DNA of 58,387 bases, the filler included, from Sphacelaria rigidula (Eukaryota), in the NCBI GenBank assembly GCA_964200075.2. It is 2 parts of 2 records of this genome, joined end to end, with 100 filler letters (N's around TTAATTAATTAA, not from the genome) between each part and the next. Parts side by side here need not be neighbours in the genome. Positions count along the whole stretch, not along the records: positions 1 to 29,146 come from CAXNAA020000087.1; 1 more part is not named here. The stretch is one strand, 5' to 3'. The position numbers and the translations under genes are program-made. Position 1 is the stretch's first letter. Each line of letters starts with the position of its first letter. This document shows positions 13,101 through 24,377 of this stretch, in pieces. The notes beneath the pieces are model-generated. The model was not told the DNA's origin. It saw only the letters and a program-made list of their open reading frames with translations, and did no database searches.

Positions 13101-16100
13101 GGGGGTGTACTCACTAATGGTCTTGCATGCCGTTGTCATGAGACCATTGATCTCTCGCATCCCTACCAACCTGGGACGGAGCATGCGGGGTTTCGCCGCA
13201 CCGGGGGGGGGGCGTACTCATTCGTTGCTTGCCTTAGTCGTTTGACCATTGACCACGCATCCCTTTCGAGACGGAGCAAGACCACGCACCGGGGGGGGGG
13301 GGGGGGGGGGGGGGACGACGACGACGATTTGCTCACCTGACACACTCCAAAGATCGCGGCGGTTACGAACCGAACGGCGAGCGGCAACGCGGGCCAGAAG
13401 CCGTTGGTGGCCAAGAACGACAGCATCGCAAACGTGAACACCAGCATCATCCGCCAAATGCCGGGCCAAACGCCCTTGGGGTTGAGCTTGTTCTCCTCGA
13501 AGTACTGTGACGGAGAATGAGTGGGGAGTGACCAGCAATCGGAAACATGATCATGAGCGAGTGTTTTTTGTCCAGAAAAATAAAAATGGGGGGGAAAAAA
13601 AGAAGAGAAAAATTACGATGAAAATGACAGCACGTACGCAGAAAGGAAAACGAAGAGGAAGGATCACTCCACCTTTACCTGCAGGCGAACACGAAACACA
13701 AAACGCAAAACAGAGTACTGGCACAGGGGAAGCAAATGAAATGTTTCTGAGTTCTGGCGCGGCTGCTACGGACACGAGGTGGCCTGTTACCCTGATAGTG
13801 TCATATCCAAGTATATTACTAGTAATGGTACAAAATAAATGGTGGTCCCCGACACCGACGAGAAGGATCGAGAAAATGGACTTGGACAACATATGGTCGA
13901 TATAACAGCTGCTATAGAAAGAATTGTTTTGCATAAAGTGTAGGCATATTGCAACTATTGCATACCCTGGACAATACATGGTCAACGGTTGCAACAGACG
14001 AAAATGTACTGCGTGAAGCATGGGCATGTTGCTATCATTGCCGGCAGAAAATATACCGCGTAGAGTATAGGCATATTGCAACCGTTGTCGACCGGGCCTA
14101 CAATGGTTGCAATAGGCCTATACTTTACGCAGTATATTTTTTGTCCATTGCAACTATTGACCGTCCATTGTCCAGGGCGTGCAAACTTCCCAACGACGTT
14201 TTCGGGGCACATGGGGTCCGGCCCGTTCATGCTTGAATCCGGCGGCTGCGTCTTATGTACACGATCTGTACTTTGTTGGTCAATAATCCCACAGTGCACA
14301 CAGAGAGTATTAATACGCTGCATCATGTGACATATTTCGCCTCTTTTACAAGATCTCCAAGGGGTCACACGACAAAAAAAAAAGACGTTATGACCACGTG
14401 ATGCAACTCAGTTCGAGTACAGCATTCAATATGACCGTGGTAACCTCAAACACCACCCCCCCCTTTCACGAAATAAAAACATGCCCCGAATGATAATATT
14501 CATTAAGCTTGTTGGCAGCACTATATCAGTACCCTACCCTACACTACTGTGATGCATCTAAATCTACACATGTCCATACGGAATGTGTATGTTGCATGGG
14601 TATGTTGTAAGCCAAACCTCACCAACGGCAAGGTATCGCTTGCTTTCGACAGCTCTTCTCTCCCCATAGTGCCCTGTGTTTCTTTTCTGTGTCACTTTAC
14701 CGCGTCCACATCCACTTTCGATATCCAAAATTAAACTTGCAGTGCCATTCTACTCCAGGAGAAAATATGTATGAACAGCTCGATGAAATTTTTCGACGAT
14801 GTGTCGGGCGGGATACGTCTCACCCGTTGTCCGCGACAGTGTCTCATTGTATATTCTGCTGCTTCAAAATACCCAAATGTAGCGAACACCCTCCTGAGCA
14901 CACACGTATAGTGTTCCACACATGCACACGTTAGCTTCTGTCCAAAACGGTCAGGGCCTATTTGCGCGGGTTGGAAAAACACGGCCAGGAGCAAACCAAG
15001 CGTCCAAAAGAATCATGTTGGTCGGTCGCCTCGGCATCACGCGGCGGGATGATCCAACCAACATGTTGTAGTAGGGTCGAGCCTGGTGTACGGTAAGCAC
15101 GCCTCACCAGGCAAATTCTAGGGGGCCAGACAAAAGGCTGGATAGCCGAGCCGTAGGCAAAAGCACCCTGCAGCGTGTCCAATGATGGGCACCACCCTCG
15201 TATTCATGTGTCCAAGGTATCAGGATGTCACGCGTAGGTAGAATATATATTTTCTTCAATACTTGATCTCCATCTCTCCTTCGTGTTCAATTTCTCCCGC
15301 TCAAATCAGTCAGTCTGACCGTGATGTTCGACTTCCTTGCTTGGAATGAGATGTAGTGTCAGAGTAAGAGTCACCATCTGCATTACGATCTCTCTGCCAT
15401 ATTCAAGTTTACACTCGTATCTGACCAACTCTAAACAGACCTGCAGTCTTAGAATAGACTGAGATGAGATATGAAGCGGGAGTCATCGACGGGTCTGAGG
15501 CGGCATGACAACAGGCTAATATGCTCTTCGTGACAATGCTCCTCTTGGAGGCTTGCTTTGCTCTTCGCTATTCTTGTCAGTGTGGTAACACACGGCCCCG
15601 CCATGACTTCGTCAACATCCTCCTTCCACGAAACAAGGATTCACACCTTGCACTTGAGTTCATCACCTCTTTGATAAGAACCTTCCCGGAATTTCATTAC
15701 TTCATTCTAGTGTAAACACCGATATCCGGATCAATTGTGGGACTGACAGTCCCAACTGTCCCTAGCGTGCACAGAACACGCTTTTGTCAAAATCGGCATC
15801 TGCGCCGATTCGAGATCTGCCGACGCCACCCTTTGCGTAGGGAACGCTCCACGCCCCCCTTGGTCGAGGGTTCTCGGTATGCCTCAGGTTAGGGTTAGTG
15901 TCGGTTCGAAATAATTTGTTTCCGAGAAATGTCTTCATTGAACAAGTGGTGAACACACCTCACACATTGGTCCATTTGTACTACTCTCGTACATAACCCT
16001 AAACCCATCCTCCCTACGGGTCCGCCCGCCGTTCACAACCCTCCTCAATCTCACATAAGCCCTTCTGGGACCGGACCCGCACAAAACCGGAGTGTGGGGA

Positions 16101-19100
16101 TCTGGTCTGCACGCAGGGTCCATTTGTGAATCGGCATAAGTTTTTGTCATTTTTAGAGTCAAGATGATGCCGACTCGCAACGGGCCACCACCCTCTGTAA
16201 GCCCTTGGACCGCGAAGGAAGTCCATCTGGATCATGTATATTTCTCTTCAAGTGAATTTGACGACGAACCAATAAATGACCTACTCTCGCCGTCTCAAGG
16301 GGGAACCCTTTTGGGACCAGACTGGAATAACCGGTGGTGGGGCGGGGTCTAATCAGAAGAGACCATCACTCTTCAAGAAATCACTTTAGTAAAAAACGAC
16401 CGATGATTGGTTGCTGCGATACCACCCCCCTAAAAAAGTGTCAAAAAATCACTTTTGCAATAGTGGTTTTGTGACACCTCGAACGGGAACATAAAGCATC
16501 CCGTTGACAGGGGCATAATCGAAGTCGTGACAGACAAGTCGAGACAATCAAACGTGGACCTGAGGATCGCATTGCCCTCCAAAACCAAAACACACCGCTC
16601 TCTTCATTGCTGCTCATCAGCTGAGCATGCTATGCGCGACCTTGCTCAAATCGGTTCAGATTTCAGTGAGAAATGATGATTTGCGTGAGACGCGCGCACA
16701 GCACACGGTCAAAAACAGTCAGCAACAACACGTTTTCGGTTGCTATTTGACACGCATGCGGCCGCCTTTCATCCAATACTGGACGGATTTGCGTCAAACA
16801 AAGCCTTTCATGTGTGTAGATGATGAAGAGCTAGCGCTTGAGGTAATGCGCGTGAGTAGTGGATGTCTATCCGTTGTTTTTCGTGGCTCGGTGTGTCGGC
16901 GCTGTGCTGCCTCTGTGCGTCTTGTCCGCAGCGGTACAGAGATATTGGACTAACGGCCACTTCCAGAACCGCCACATTTTACACCTGTCCGCAGATCTCG
17001 GCTTCGATCGGGACAAAACTGCTCGTGGATAAGACGCAGCACTGGTCGTTGTGGGGGGCAATCACTTCTCCAAAAGTGCATTTTTGAAAAAGTGATCATC
17101 ACTTTTGATAAGACCTCGCCTGAGAGTCTTCTATGCATTGGTATCATTTTTACTTGAGAGCGACTGAAAAGTATGCCGATTCACAAATAGCTCCTGCGTG
17201 CAAACTAAGGGTTCAACCCTGGTGAGTGGGAGTCCGGTCGTAAGATTTAGGGACACCAGAGCTGATTACAGGGGGTGGTATATATCGTGATCCACGGGTC
17301 GAACACGCCTCCTCCCTCACCTTCCCCACACGCTGGCACATCTCTCGGTAAAAGCCAGACTCGTCTCCCTTATACGGCACAAACTCGCGGGTCACCAAAC
17401 TTCCGATTTCGAACTTGGGCAGCATCTGTACAAAAAAAAAGAGGAAACGCGCAGACACAAGATATTTGATTGAGTTGTCGCCGGAAGGGGACTTTCATTA
17501 CAATACGTTGAGGCTGTTGAACTTGATCGGACACAGCAGTATGTAATGCAAGGGGAACGCGTAAGTGGAGTGAATACGTTCGTAGACGGACAGTATGAGG
17601 TGGGATTTCGATCTCAGTCACGCCGAGGCACGTGTACCCTTACCTGTCACTTAAAATCGCACGTCGGACAGATCATGATCTGTTCAAAATAGGTGATCAA
17701 TGAAGACTCTCAAATTCGTTGGTCCAAAAACACACAATATGTGACCGCGGAGTCAGAAAAGCCTGAGCGCAACATTTGCACTACTCGGCATGCTCAGCGT
17801 CCGACGCTGTATGGAGCAAACATGGAAAGGGGGGCCAAATGATGCAGACCATGATCCGGATGAGTATGCTGAACAGACGTAATTTTCAGACGGATTATGA
17901 TGTGCCCGACGTGTGCAAAAAAGTCATGGCTTGTAGCTGTTTCGTACATCCTGATGGATCTTCGATATATACGCGGAAGTGGATGGACATAATTTGTGCT
18001 GTACTCACCACACACGCAGTAATGTAGAAAAAATGAAGATGAAATTATATTCTGACTCGAAACTGCTAATTTCACACTTCTCAGGCGTCTCGCCGTTGCT
18101 TTTGGTCATCCTCTTTCCAATTCAGTTCTTCTTGTCATCGTGTGAAAAGGTGATTCCTAGACAGACACTTATGGGCATCTGTCATTTCCATGCGGCAGTT
18201 CCCACATCAGCCCCCCCTTTCATGAACGTTTTGGGGACTTTCGTGGACGTAACATCATACGCCGGCTATCGGTTGGAATCTTGCCTTTTAATTCACTCTT
18301 CTTTCATATGTGTGGGGTCATCCTACTCACAATCGCCCGAAGCACATTTTCCGTGCATTTTGAACTGTGCTACAGAGGGTATGCACCGTTTTTTTCGGCA
18401 CCCACGAATTTGATGGGATCCTGGGGCCTCTTGTTCGTGAACCATACGAACTATCTCATGGTGTCGCCAACGTGAAGAGGTGATCCCTTGACGGACACTT
18501 GTGGGAATTTGTCCTTGTATGTGGTAGTTTCTACAATTGCCCTCGATCTACATTTTTCGCGTCTTTACCTTCTTCGTTCATTCATTTTTTCGTGGTTCTC
18601 CTCCTTCCCCCTCAAGTCTCTAGTTTTGTTCACATCTTTTTCTTGTTCCCAATCCCTTTATTTCAGGTCTCTCATTTTGCTCTTGCCACTCACTTATTTT
18701 TTTTCCCTGACTACCAACCAACGCTGTATTCTTCGTTTCTTTCATTTTCGTTGTGTCTGACCTTCGCAGGCTTTTCCGTGAACGGGTGGTACGATCGGAA
18801 CGCCTCCGTGGCGTCTCTACCAGCCATCAGCAGCACTACTTCCGATCCCCCTGGGTGCTTGTGAAGCCAACCTGGGAGGAATCACCCAACAACAATCAAG
18901 CAGAAGATCAACAAAAACAACAACAGACACAACACCAGCAGCAACGGCAACAACAAACGTTATTAACCCTTTTGGAACTCACAATGGAAGACTGATCATT
19001 CGCAATTGACGGTTTTTTAACAAGATATGGTTCATGATTCACAGTTCAGATGGAACAATATTCGCCCAATGCGTACTTTTCAGACCCGTGCGAGTGACAA

Positions 19101-21461
19101 GTGGAACAAAAGAATGTTTCTTAGACCACTTTGTATGGCAACCAATTCGTATTTGTACAAATATGAGGATTTCAGCCCGTTGAAATCCGATTTTCCCCCG
19201 TGAACTGATTTTTCGGACCTTAGTCCGTTGGGCAATGTTTTTCGCCTAGCTCGAAGGAAACCAGATCAATTCTCCGATTCTCCGGGCGCTGACTTTCGGT
19301 TCATCACCTTTCTGCTCAGATCAGGAAACTCCCGCATATCCCCCGAATCTGGGGCCCAAATCGGGGGAGATGCGGAAGTCTCAAGATCTGAGCAGAAAGG
19401 TGATGAACCGAAAGTCAGCGCCCAGAGAATCGGAGATTGATCTGGTTTCCTCAGAGGTGGGCGAAAAACGTTGCCCGACGGACTGGGGTTTGAAAAATCA
19501 ATCCACGGGGAAAAATCGGATTTAAACGGGCTGAAATCCTCATATTTGTGCAAATACGGATCGGTTACCATACAAAGTGGTCTTATTCACCGATGTGCCG
19601 TACCAGAACCGGGAACCCCTTGTTAGTTTTAATGGAATGTTTCACAGCGTTTTTGGTTTTTGTCGATTGATACAATTGGACACATTCATCCGTTGCGTGG
19701 TATGATTGGACAAACCTCACCCGACCTCTCCAGGCAGGACACTTTCCCTGCACCCGCCGCACGTGCTACTGGATTCTGCTTCGGTCGTCCATTATAAAAA
19801 TGGTTGCCGTCGGCCTCTTCTGTTTCCATTTTATCTTTCCTTTTCCCGAGAAATAATCCACCCCCAACATCCCAACCACCCATCCTCGAACAATATTTTA
19901 ATTTTTGAATTAAATCATTGATTTTTTCAATGTCATGAAACAAAATATTCTCCTCTTTGTCAGGGCTTCTCATAATGAGGCGTTTGGTCCGGAGACAGGA
20001 GGGTAGGGTTCTGAAAAGATATAGAGCAAATAAAATTATCTCGCGGGGAGAAGCGATCACCAACGGAAAAAAAAACGAGAGAAAGTTTCAGTCACATGAG
20101 CGGAAATTCGAAGAAATTAATTCAATACCCGTGACCTAAGGGTAACAACCAGATGGAAGCAATAAGCGATCCCTCGCGAGATGTTTTCTTCCAGTATGTT
20201 CTTCTCAGAGCCGGAGGCATCAGAGGACAGCCGAAAAAAAGTACCCGGCGTCGTATCGTCGAGAACATCGGGAAAAAAAAAGAAGAGAGAACAAATCTGA
20301 GAAAATTACCAGAGTATGCACCGTCACCAACTCACTCGTGATATCGTAGACCTTGTCATTGATGATAATCCACGCGCTTTCAGGCGTATTGTGCTTGGCA
20401 ACCTCCTGCGCGCACAGGAGAGACGATGGTTGAACGGGAGAAAAGTTGGTCGTTGAAGAGTGTGCGTTTTGCGGGAAAAGGATGATCAATTTTGATGATG
20501 GGGTTTGGAACGGCAACGTGTCACCCCTCCAGGGGGTGAAAATTATGGATAATGGCTTCCCGCTGCCCTACGGAAGAAGACCTATAACACAGTAAAGTAC
20601 GGTATGGTCAAAGCTGTGAGTTCAAGTGCATCGCCGCCGCCCTGTCGCTACTTGTATCATCTGCTCTCTCATGACACAGAGTAGTAGCAAGGAGAGAAAC
20701 GCTTTCGTTGTGTATGCCTTCACAAGGCAGAGCCGCGTTATATCAACATTTTCCATTTGTTTGTTGCGTTTGCTATGAGTGGGAGACCTACGGCTTTGTT
20801 TTCATCCGCACGACACGTCACGTCACGTCTACTGCTTCCGTGTCACTTCGACGATGCAGCGAACCCATGCATCAACCATAGCGAACCCATGCATAAACCA
20901 TAGGCGTTTTCTCGCATGAGACTTCACCCATGGACGGCGAGAGTATGTTATCTCCTAAATCAGCACTAAATTAACATGAAAAAATTATGCATGATCCAGA
21001 TGGACTACCCTCGCGGCCTAAGGGTTCAGGTGGACACTGTGATTCCATCGGATCATGACCCTGGTTTGCTCTACTACTCTCCTACCCACGATACCCCCCA
21101 TCCTGTCAAGGCTACATACGGGAGTGGCTCAGTATTTTCTTCCAGTCAACATGAAAGGTGTATCTACACGTATAAATGTATACTGTATTGTAATATTCCA
21201 AGAATGTTCCCGACAGTTGTCACGGTACCCGTGAACACCGTCGGATGACTAGTGAAGCCTAAATCCTTAGCCTGCCACCTGCGAGTAGATTGAGATTATG
21301 GTTATTGCTATGGTTTTTACAACTGTGAGAAAACATGCAATTGAAAGACATGTGAGGCCCCGCTCTTACCTGCCAAGTAAACTTGTTACCGCTGTCTACT
21401 ATCTCTTCGGCAGAGCTGGTGGCGTTGTCCCCGCCCCTGACACGGTGTCGAAGGCCATCAT
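3491..21461 (-). CDS. Front-end (cytochrome b5 fusion) fatty acid desaturase, delta-5 type; spliced gene, 13 exons identified, short first coding exon unresolved
   Basis: Exons (minus strand, GT-AG, phases consistent): 21370-21461, 20336-20405, 18762-18871, 17321-17425, 13337-13504, 11952-12086, 10310-10477, 9830-9921, 8603-8747, 6615-6698, 5180-5284, 3900-4031, 3491-3520 (1436 nt, ~478 codons). The translation has KFTWQEVAKHNTPESAW..YDIT.WLHKHPGG (cyt b5 heme motif), His boxes HDCSH, HVVGHH and QVTHHLFP, and ends GIPAEVHMG*. From memory it resembles oomycete/Mortierella delta-5 desaturases. Confidence 0.93.
3900..4031 (-). CDS. Desaturase exon (YHYPAIAPIIKEVCKKYGV...HLKNMGQQ)
   Basis: aacag acceptor, gttcgt donor. 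Confidence 0.9.
5180..5284 (-). CDS. Desaturase exon with His box 3 (GALNYQVTHHLFPGVSQ)
   Basis: QxxHH front-end desaturase box; gtcag acceptor, gtcagt donor. Confidence 0.93.
5521..5812. mobile_element. TIR MITE (GGTTGTGTTCT.TAGGGT termini)
   Basis: CAAGGTTGTGTTCTATAGGGTACG ... CACCCTACAGAAGCACAACC; related copy at 40428-40625. Confidence 0.55.
6615..6698 (-). CDS. Desaturase exon (VSHVSTECDYP...DEWAVSQ)
   Basis: tgcag acceptor, gtattt donor. Confidence 0.9.
7361..7711 (+). mobile_element. tRNA-derived SINE, family 1 (full length)
   Basis: Head GCCCCGGAGGCTCAGTTGG (A box) ... GGGTTCAAATC (B box), ~350-bp body, CA/A-rich tail; homologous copies at 24043-24377 and 37531-37886. Confidence 0.8.
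7754..7850 (+). mobile_element. piggyBac-like MITE copy
   Basis: TTAA-CCCTT start; GTGAAATTGATGCCG..GACCTACTCTCGCCGTC core. Confidence 0.65.
8603..8747 (-). CDS. Desaturase exon (WTAKVFWAAWR...TGWYLAFNFQ)
   Basis: catag acceptor, gtacgc donor; conserved YLAFNFQ-VSH motif across the junction. Confidence 0.9.
8890..9105 (+). repeat. Degenerate tandem repeat (GTCATTTTCCAATCA...GCTGCGTTGTATC)
   Basis: About four imperfect copies in a desaturase intron. Confidence 0.55.
9830..9921 (-). CDS. Desaturase exon (FRIQDLTDTFFGKTNGPVRVNP)
   Basis: ttccag acceptor, gtgagt donor, phase matches next exon. Confidence 0.9.
10310..10477 (-). CDS. Desaturase exon with His box 2 (HVVGHHIYTNV)
   Basis: HxxxHH box; tgcag acceptor, gtgaag donor. 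Confidence 0.93.
11952..12086 (-). CDS. Desaturase exon with His box 1 (ALPLLHVMHDCSH)
   Basis: HDxSH box; ggcag acceptor, gtcagg donor. Confidence 0.93.
13337..13504 (-). CDS. Desaturase exon, transmembrane segment (YFEENKLNPK...AIFGVCQ)
   Basis: cacag acceptor, gtgagc donor, 56 codons. Confidence 0.9.
13958..14184. mobile_element. Palindromic MITE-like element
   Basis: TGCATACCCTGGACAAT... / ...ATTGTCCAGGGCGTGCA inverted arms with internal subrepeats. Confidence 0.5.
16202..16302 (+). mobile_element. piggyBac-like MITE copy
   Basis: CCCTTGGACCGCG...GACCTACTCTCGCCGTCTCAAGGG. Confidence 0.65.
16830..17115 (+). repeat. Dispersed repeat, paralog of 23680-23950
   Basis: Collinear similarity: GCTAGCG..TAATGC..GTGAGT.GTGG.TGTCT..TTTTCG..GCGTCTTGTC..GCAGA..TTCGATC. 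Confidence 0.6.
17321..17425 (-). CDS. Desaturase exon (MLPKFEIGSL...SGFYREMCQRVGK)
   Basis: tacag acceptor, gtgagg donor, 35 codons. Confidence 0.9.
18762..18871 (-). CDS. Desaturase exon with HPGG heme motif (WLHKHPGGSEVVLLMAGRDATEAFRSYHPF)
   Basis: HPGG motif; cccag acceptor, gtcaga donor. Confidence 0.93.
19124..19582. mobile_element. Palindromic MITE, PIF/Harbinger (Tourist)-like
   Basis: ~459-bp near-complete inverted repeat, GACCACTTTGTATGG...CCATACAAAGTGGTC, flanked by TTA on both sides; second partial copy at 29247-29524. Confidence 0.85.
20336..20405 (-). CDS. Desaturase exon, cytochrome b5 domain (EVAKHNTPESAWIIINDKVYDIT)
   Basis: Typical cyt b5 sequence; gcag acceptor, gtgagt donor. 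Confidence 0.92.
20927..21024 (-). mobile_element. piggyBac-like MITE copy
   Basis: Reverse complement of the same core, ends TAAGGG-TTCA. Confidence 0.6.
21370..21461 (-). CDS. Desaturase exon (DDGLRHRVRGG...NKFTWQ)
   Basis: ccccag acceptor, CAG|gtaag donor, in frame with next exon. Confidence 0.8.
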
Positions 21462-21749
21462 CTGGGGCGTTTTCGTTCGTGTTGTTTGAAAACAACGGTA
21501 ACAACAAAGCAGGAGAGAATAAGAAAAAAACGAGAAAAGAGAGAGAAACGATCACAAGAAAAAGTGTGGTTTTTGATGATTACATCTCAGGGAATCGTAG
21601 AAGTAGTGACAGCACTGGACAGGCGAGCCAACGTCTGTGACCACAAGTTCGAAAGATGGAGCTAATGGGCGTGAATAATATTAGTAATAATAGCAATAAT
21701 GATGATATGATATTAATAATTGCCTCTGACATATTAAAAAAAAAAATCG

Positions 21750-23215
21750 TGTGCACGGGTGATTTTTTTGACGCCCTTTTTATTGTCCATACCAAATATT
21801 AGGGCCCAACTCTGAATATTGGCCAAAGAATGGGTCATCTAGTTACCGGGTCGAAATAATTTCGGAACAATATGTTGGAGGCCACTACCGGCACACGTTT
21901 AGTGTTTGCATCGAAATTTTGTGTGGGACCTCGTTAGGGAATGATTGACAAAAAAAGTGGATCAGGTGGATACTTGAATATTCTTCACTGTTTTACGACA
22001 TTTTAGTATGATCACGATAATATATATTTTTAAACATACCTCTGTCTAGTCACTCTTATGCCCTAGGGAGATAGCGCCAATACTAGAATCTCTATGGAAC
22101 TCCCGATCAATGCATTTAGCGGATGGCGACGATTTTTGGTGTGGAGAACCACAAAAGAGTGCCGAATAAAAGAAGAAAATGGGCCTCCATTTTTTTTTAG
22201 AGGTTAGGGCGTTCTCGTGAAAAAATGGTCTTTACCAGTAAAACGCCCTCAACCAGTGAAAAAAATGAAAAAATTCAACCTGACCTACTTTTTTTTGTCG
22301 AGTATGCCTTAGAGAGCGCCCACACGAAATTTCAATGCACGAAAACCAAACGCGGGCCGGTGTGTGGCCTGCGAAATACTGTTCCGAATTATTACCGACC
22401 CGAGTTTTGATAGGTCCATGGCCTTTTATACATTTAGAGTTGGACCCTGAAATGTGATATGGACAATGGAAAGGGCACGAAAAAAATCACCTCGGTACCA
22501 AAATTTTCCTTGTTTTTTTCATGAGCTAAGGGCAATGATCAGTTTTCAGGTATCAGTGAAATACCTCCAACTCATGCAAAAACAAAAACTTTTGGTACGG
22601 GTGATTTTTCTCCATGCCCTATTCATTGTCCATACCAAATTTCACGGTCCAACTACTCATGTATAAAAGAGCATGGGCCTTCAAACTTCAAATCCGATCT
22701 AGGCTGGCCCAGCTTGTATAAAAATTGAGATGAGGCCTCACGGCGATGTTCATTTCTCCTCAAAACTCCCCTTAACCCTTAGACCGCGAGGTTAGTCTAT
22801 CTAGATCATGGATATTTTTTCAAGTGAAATTGATGCCGATTCAACAGATGACCTTTTCTCGCTGTCTAAGGGTTAAAACACGAAAGAAATGATGAAAATG
22901 ATGAAAATGAAAAACGCTGTCATCTTTGATTTTAGTATGCACTAACGGTTCTCCACACGAAATTTCATAGCACAACTCTCAAAAACTGAGAAACGATATC
23001 CAGATTTAGGACATCTACTGCCTCTGCTCGTAGTACAATATATATCAATATTAGTATGGAACCTTGTGTGCGCCATATCTCGAGATAGATTACGAATTAG
23101 TTAAGGGTGAGGATATCTATCGTCTCACTGTGCTCCAGGGAAGGTTCATACCAAAAATCGTCGTCATCCGCTCAATGAATCGTTCGTGATTTCATATGGA
23201 TTCTAGTATGGACGC
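21750..23215. mobile_element. Foldback-type non-autonomous DNA element with nested piggyBac-like MITE
   Basis: ~250-bp inverted arms 21750-21990 / 22260-22500; third copy of the terminal module at 22590-22680; second inverted pair 22081-22150 / 23143-23210. Confidence 0.65.
22776..22872 (+). mobile_element. ~100-bp piggyBac-like MITE
   Basis: TTAA-CCCTTAGAC...GTCTAAGGG-TTAA; family copies at 7754-7850, 16202-16302, 20927-21024, 25383-25566 and 57748-57845. Confidence 0.8.
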
Positions 23216-24042
23216 ATCTCCGAACGGTATAGAAATTTCAAGACATTGAATTTAATAAACGATTAAACATTGGCCCAGATTTTCGAGCAGATGGGCATCT
23301 TTCCCTTGAGTGGACGATTAATACGATACTAGTGGTAAGCCGCGGCTGACGCACGTGGCAGCACCGCCGCAGGTACCACCGCCACGGTTCTCGCACGCGT
23401 GGTGGTTTCGACCAAAATTGCCAAAAGCGAAACCGACGTTAACCATAATCAATAAGTACAAAGTATAAGCAAACAAGGACTTACAGCCCCACAGCCAACA
23501 TGAAGAGCGTTACACACGCGGCCATTTGGCCAACCCTGAAACTTCTCCAGGGCGGTCAAATTTTCGAGCCCCCGGATAAATTTAACGCCTCCGCAGGGGT
23601 TGGCGACTCTCCAGAGGGATAATTTTTTGCCTCCGGAGGGCCGCGCACCCCTTCGAAGCCATTTTGCTACCCGTAGTAAGGGCTAGCGGTGAAACTAATG
23701 CAAGTGAGTGGTGGGTGTCTGTGCGTGCTTTTTCGGGGCTGGAGGTGTAAGTGTTGTACTGCCTTGCTGCGTCTTGTCTGTAGCATCACAGAGGCCCTGA
23801 CGACCAGTTCCACACCCGCCGCATTGTTAAACCTGCGGCAGACCTGGGGTTCGATCTGTAAAAAGCTGCTTCTTGACAGGACTCGGACCTAACTCGTCGT
23901 TACGGGACCAATCCCCCTTCAAAGGGGATTTCAAAAAAGGAGAGAATCCCCTTCGACAGGTGTGTGTATTGTCGTCCCATCGTTACGGGGCCAATCTCCC
24001 TTCAAAGGGGATTCCGAGATAGGGGAGAATCCCCTTCGACAA

Positions 24043-24377
24043 GTGTGTGTATTGCCGTCCCATCTATTCTGGACGCCAGTCTACACCTTTCGGTATATGT
24101 GGACGCACCAACCGGGGTCGCACAGGAGGAAGATCAACACGGGAGCTATTTATTTTCCATTTGTTCTTCATACCCCACCTTCCTTGTGCGGTGCTTGCCT
24201 TTTTTTATCGCGAGAGGGGTTCAGCAGGTCCTTTCCCTCCTTGACCGTTGAGTCAAATTTTGTGTACCAACGACAAAGTCGATCTCCACTGTTGGGCATG
24301 GTGTGAGGAAAAACCCCAGATCGCTCCGAGAATTGAACCCACGACCCAGCCGTCAGAAGGTTTCGAGGTTACCAACT
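24043..24377 (-). mobile_element. tRNA-derived SINE, family 1 (clipped within the A box)
   Basis: Reverse complement matches 7375-7710 along its length. Confidence 0.8.

Noticed and set aside
15064..15513. Possible solo LTR (TGTTG...CAACA)
   Set aside because: No matching target-site duplication and no second copy in the window
15886..16005. Telomere-like GGTTAGGGTTAG / TAACCCTAAACCC motifs
   Set aside because: Only 1-2 units each, embedded in repeat DNA; not an interstitial telomere array
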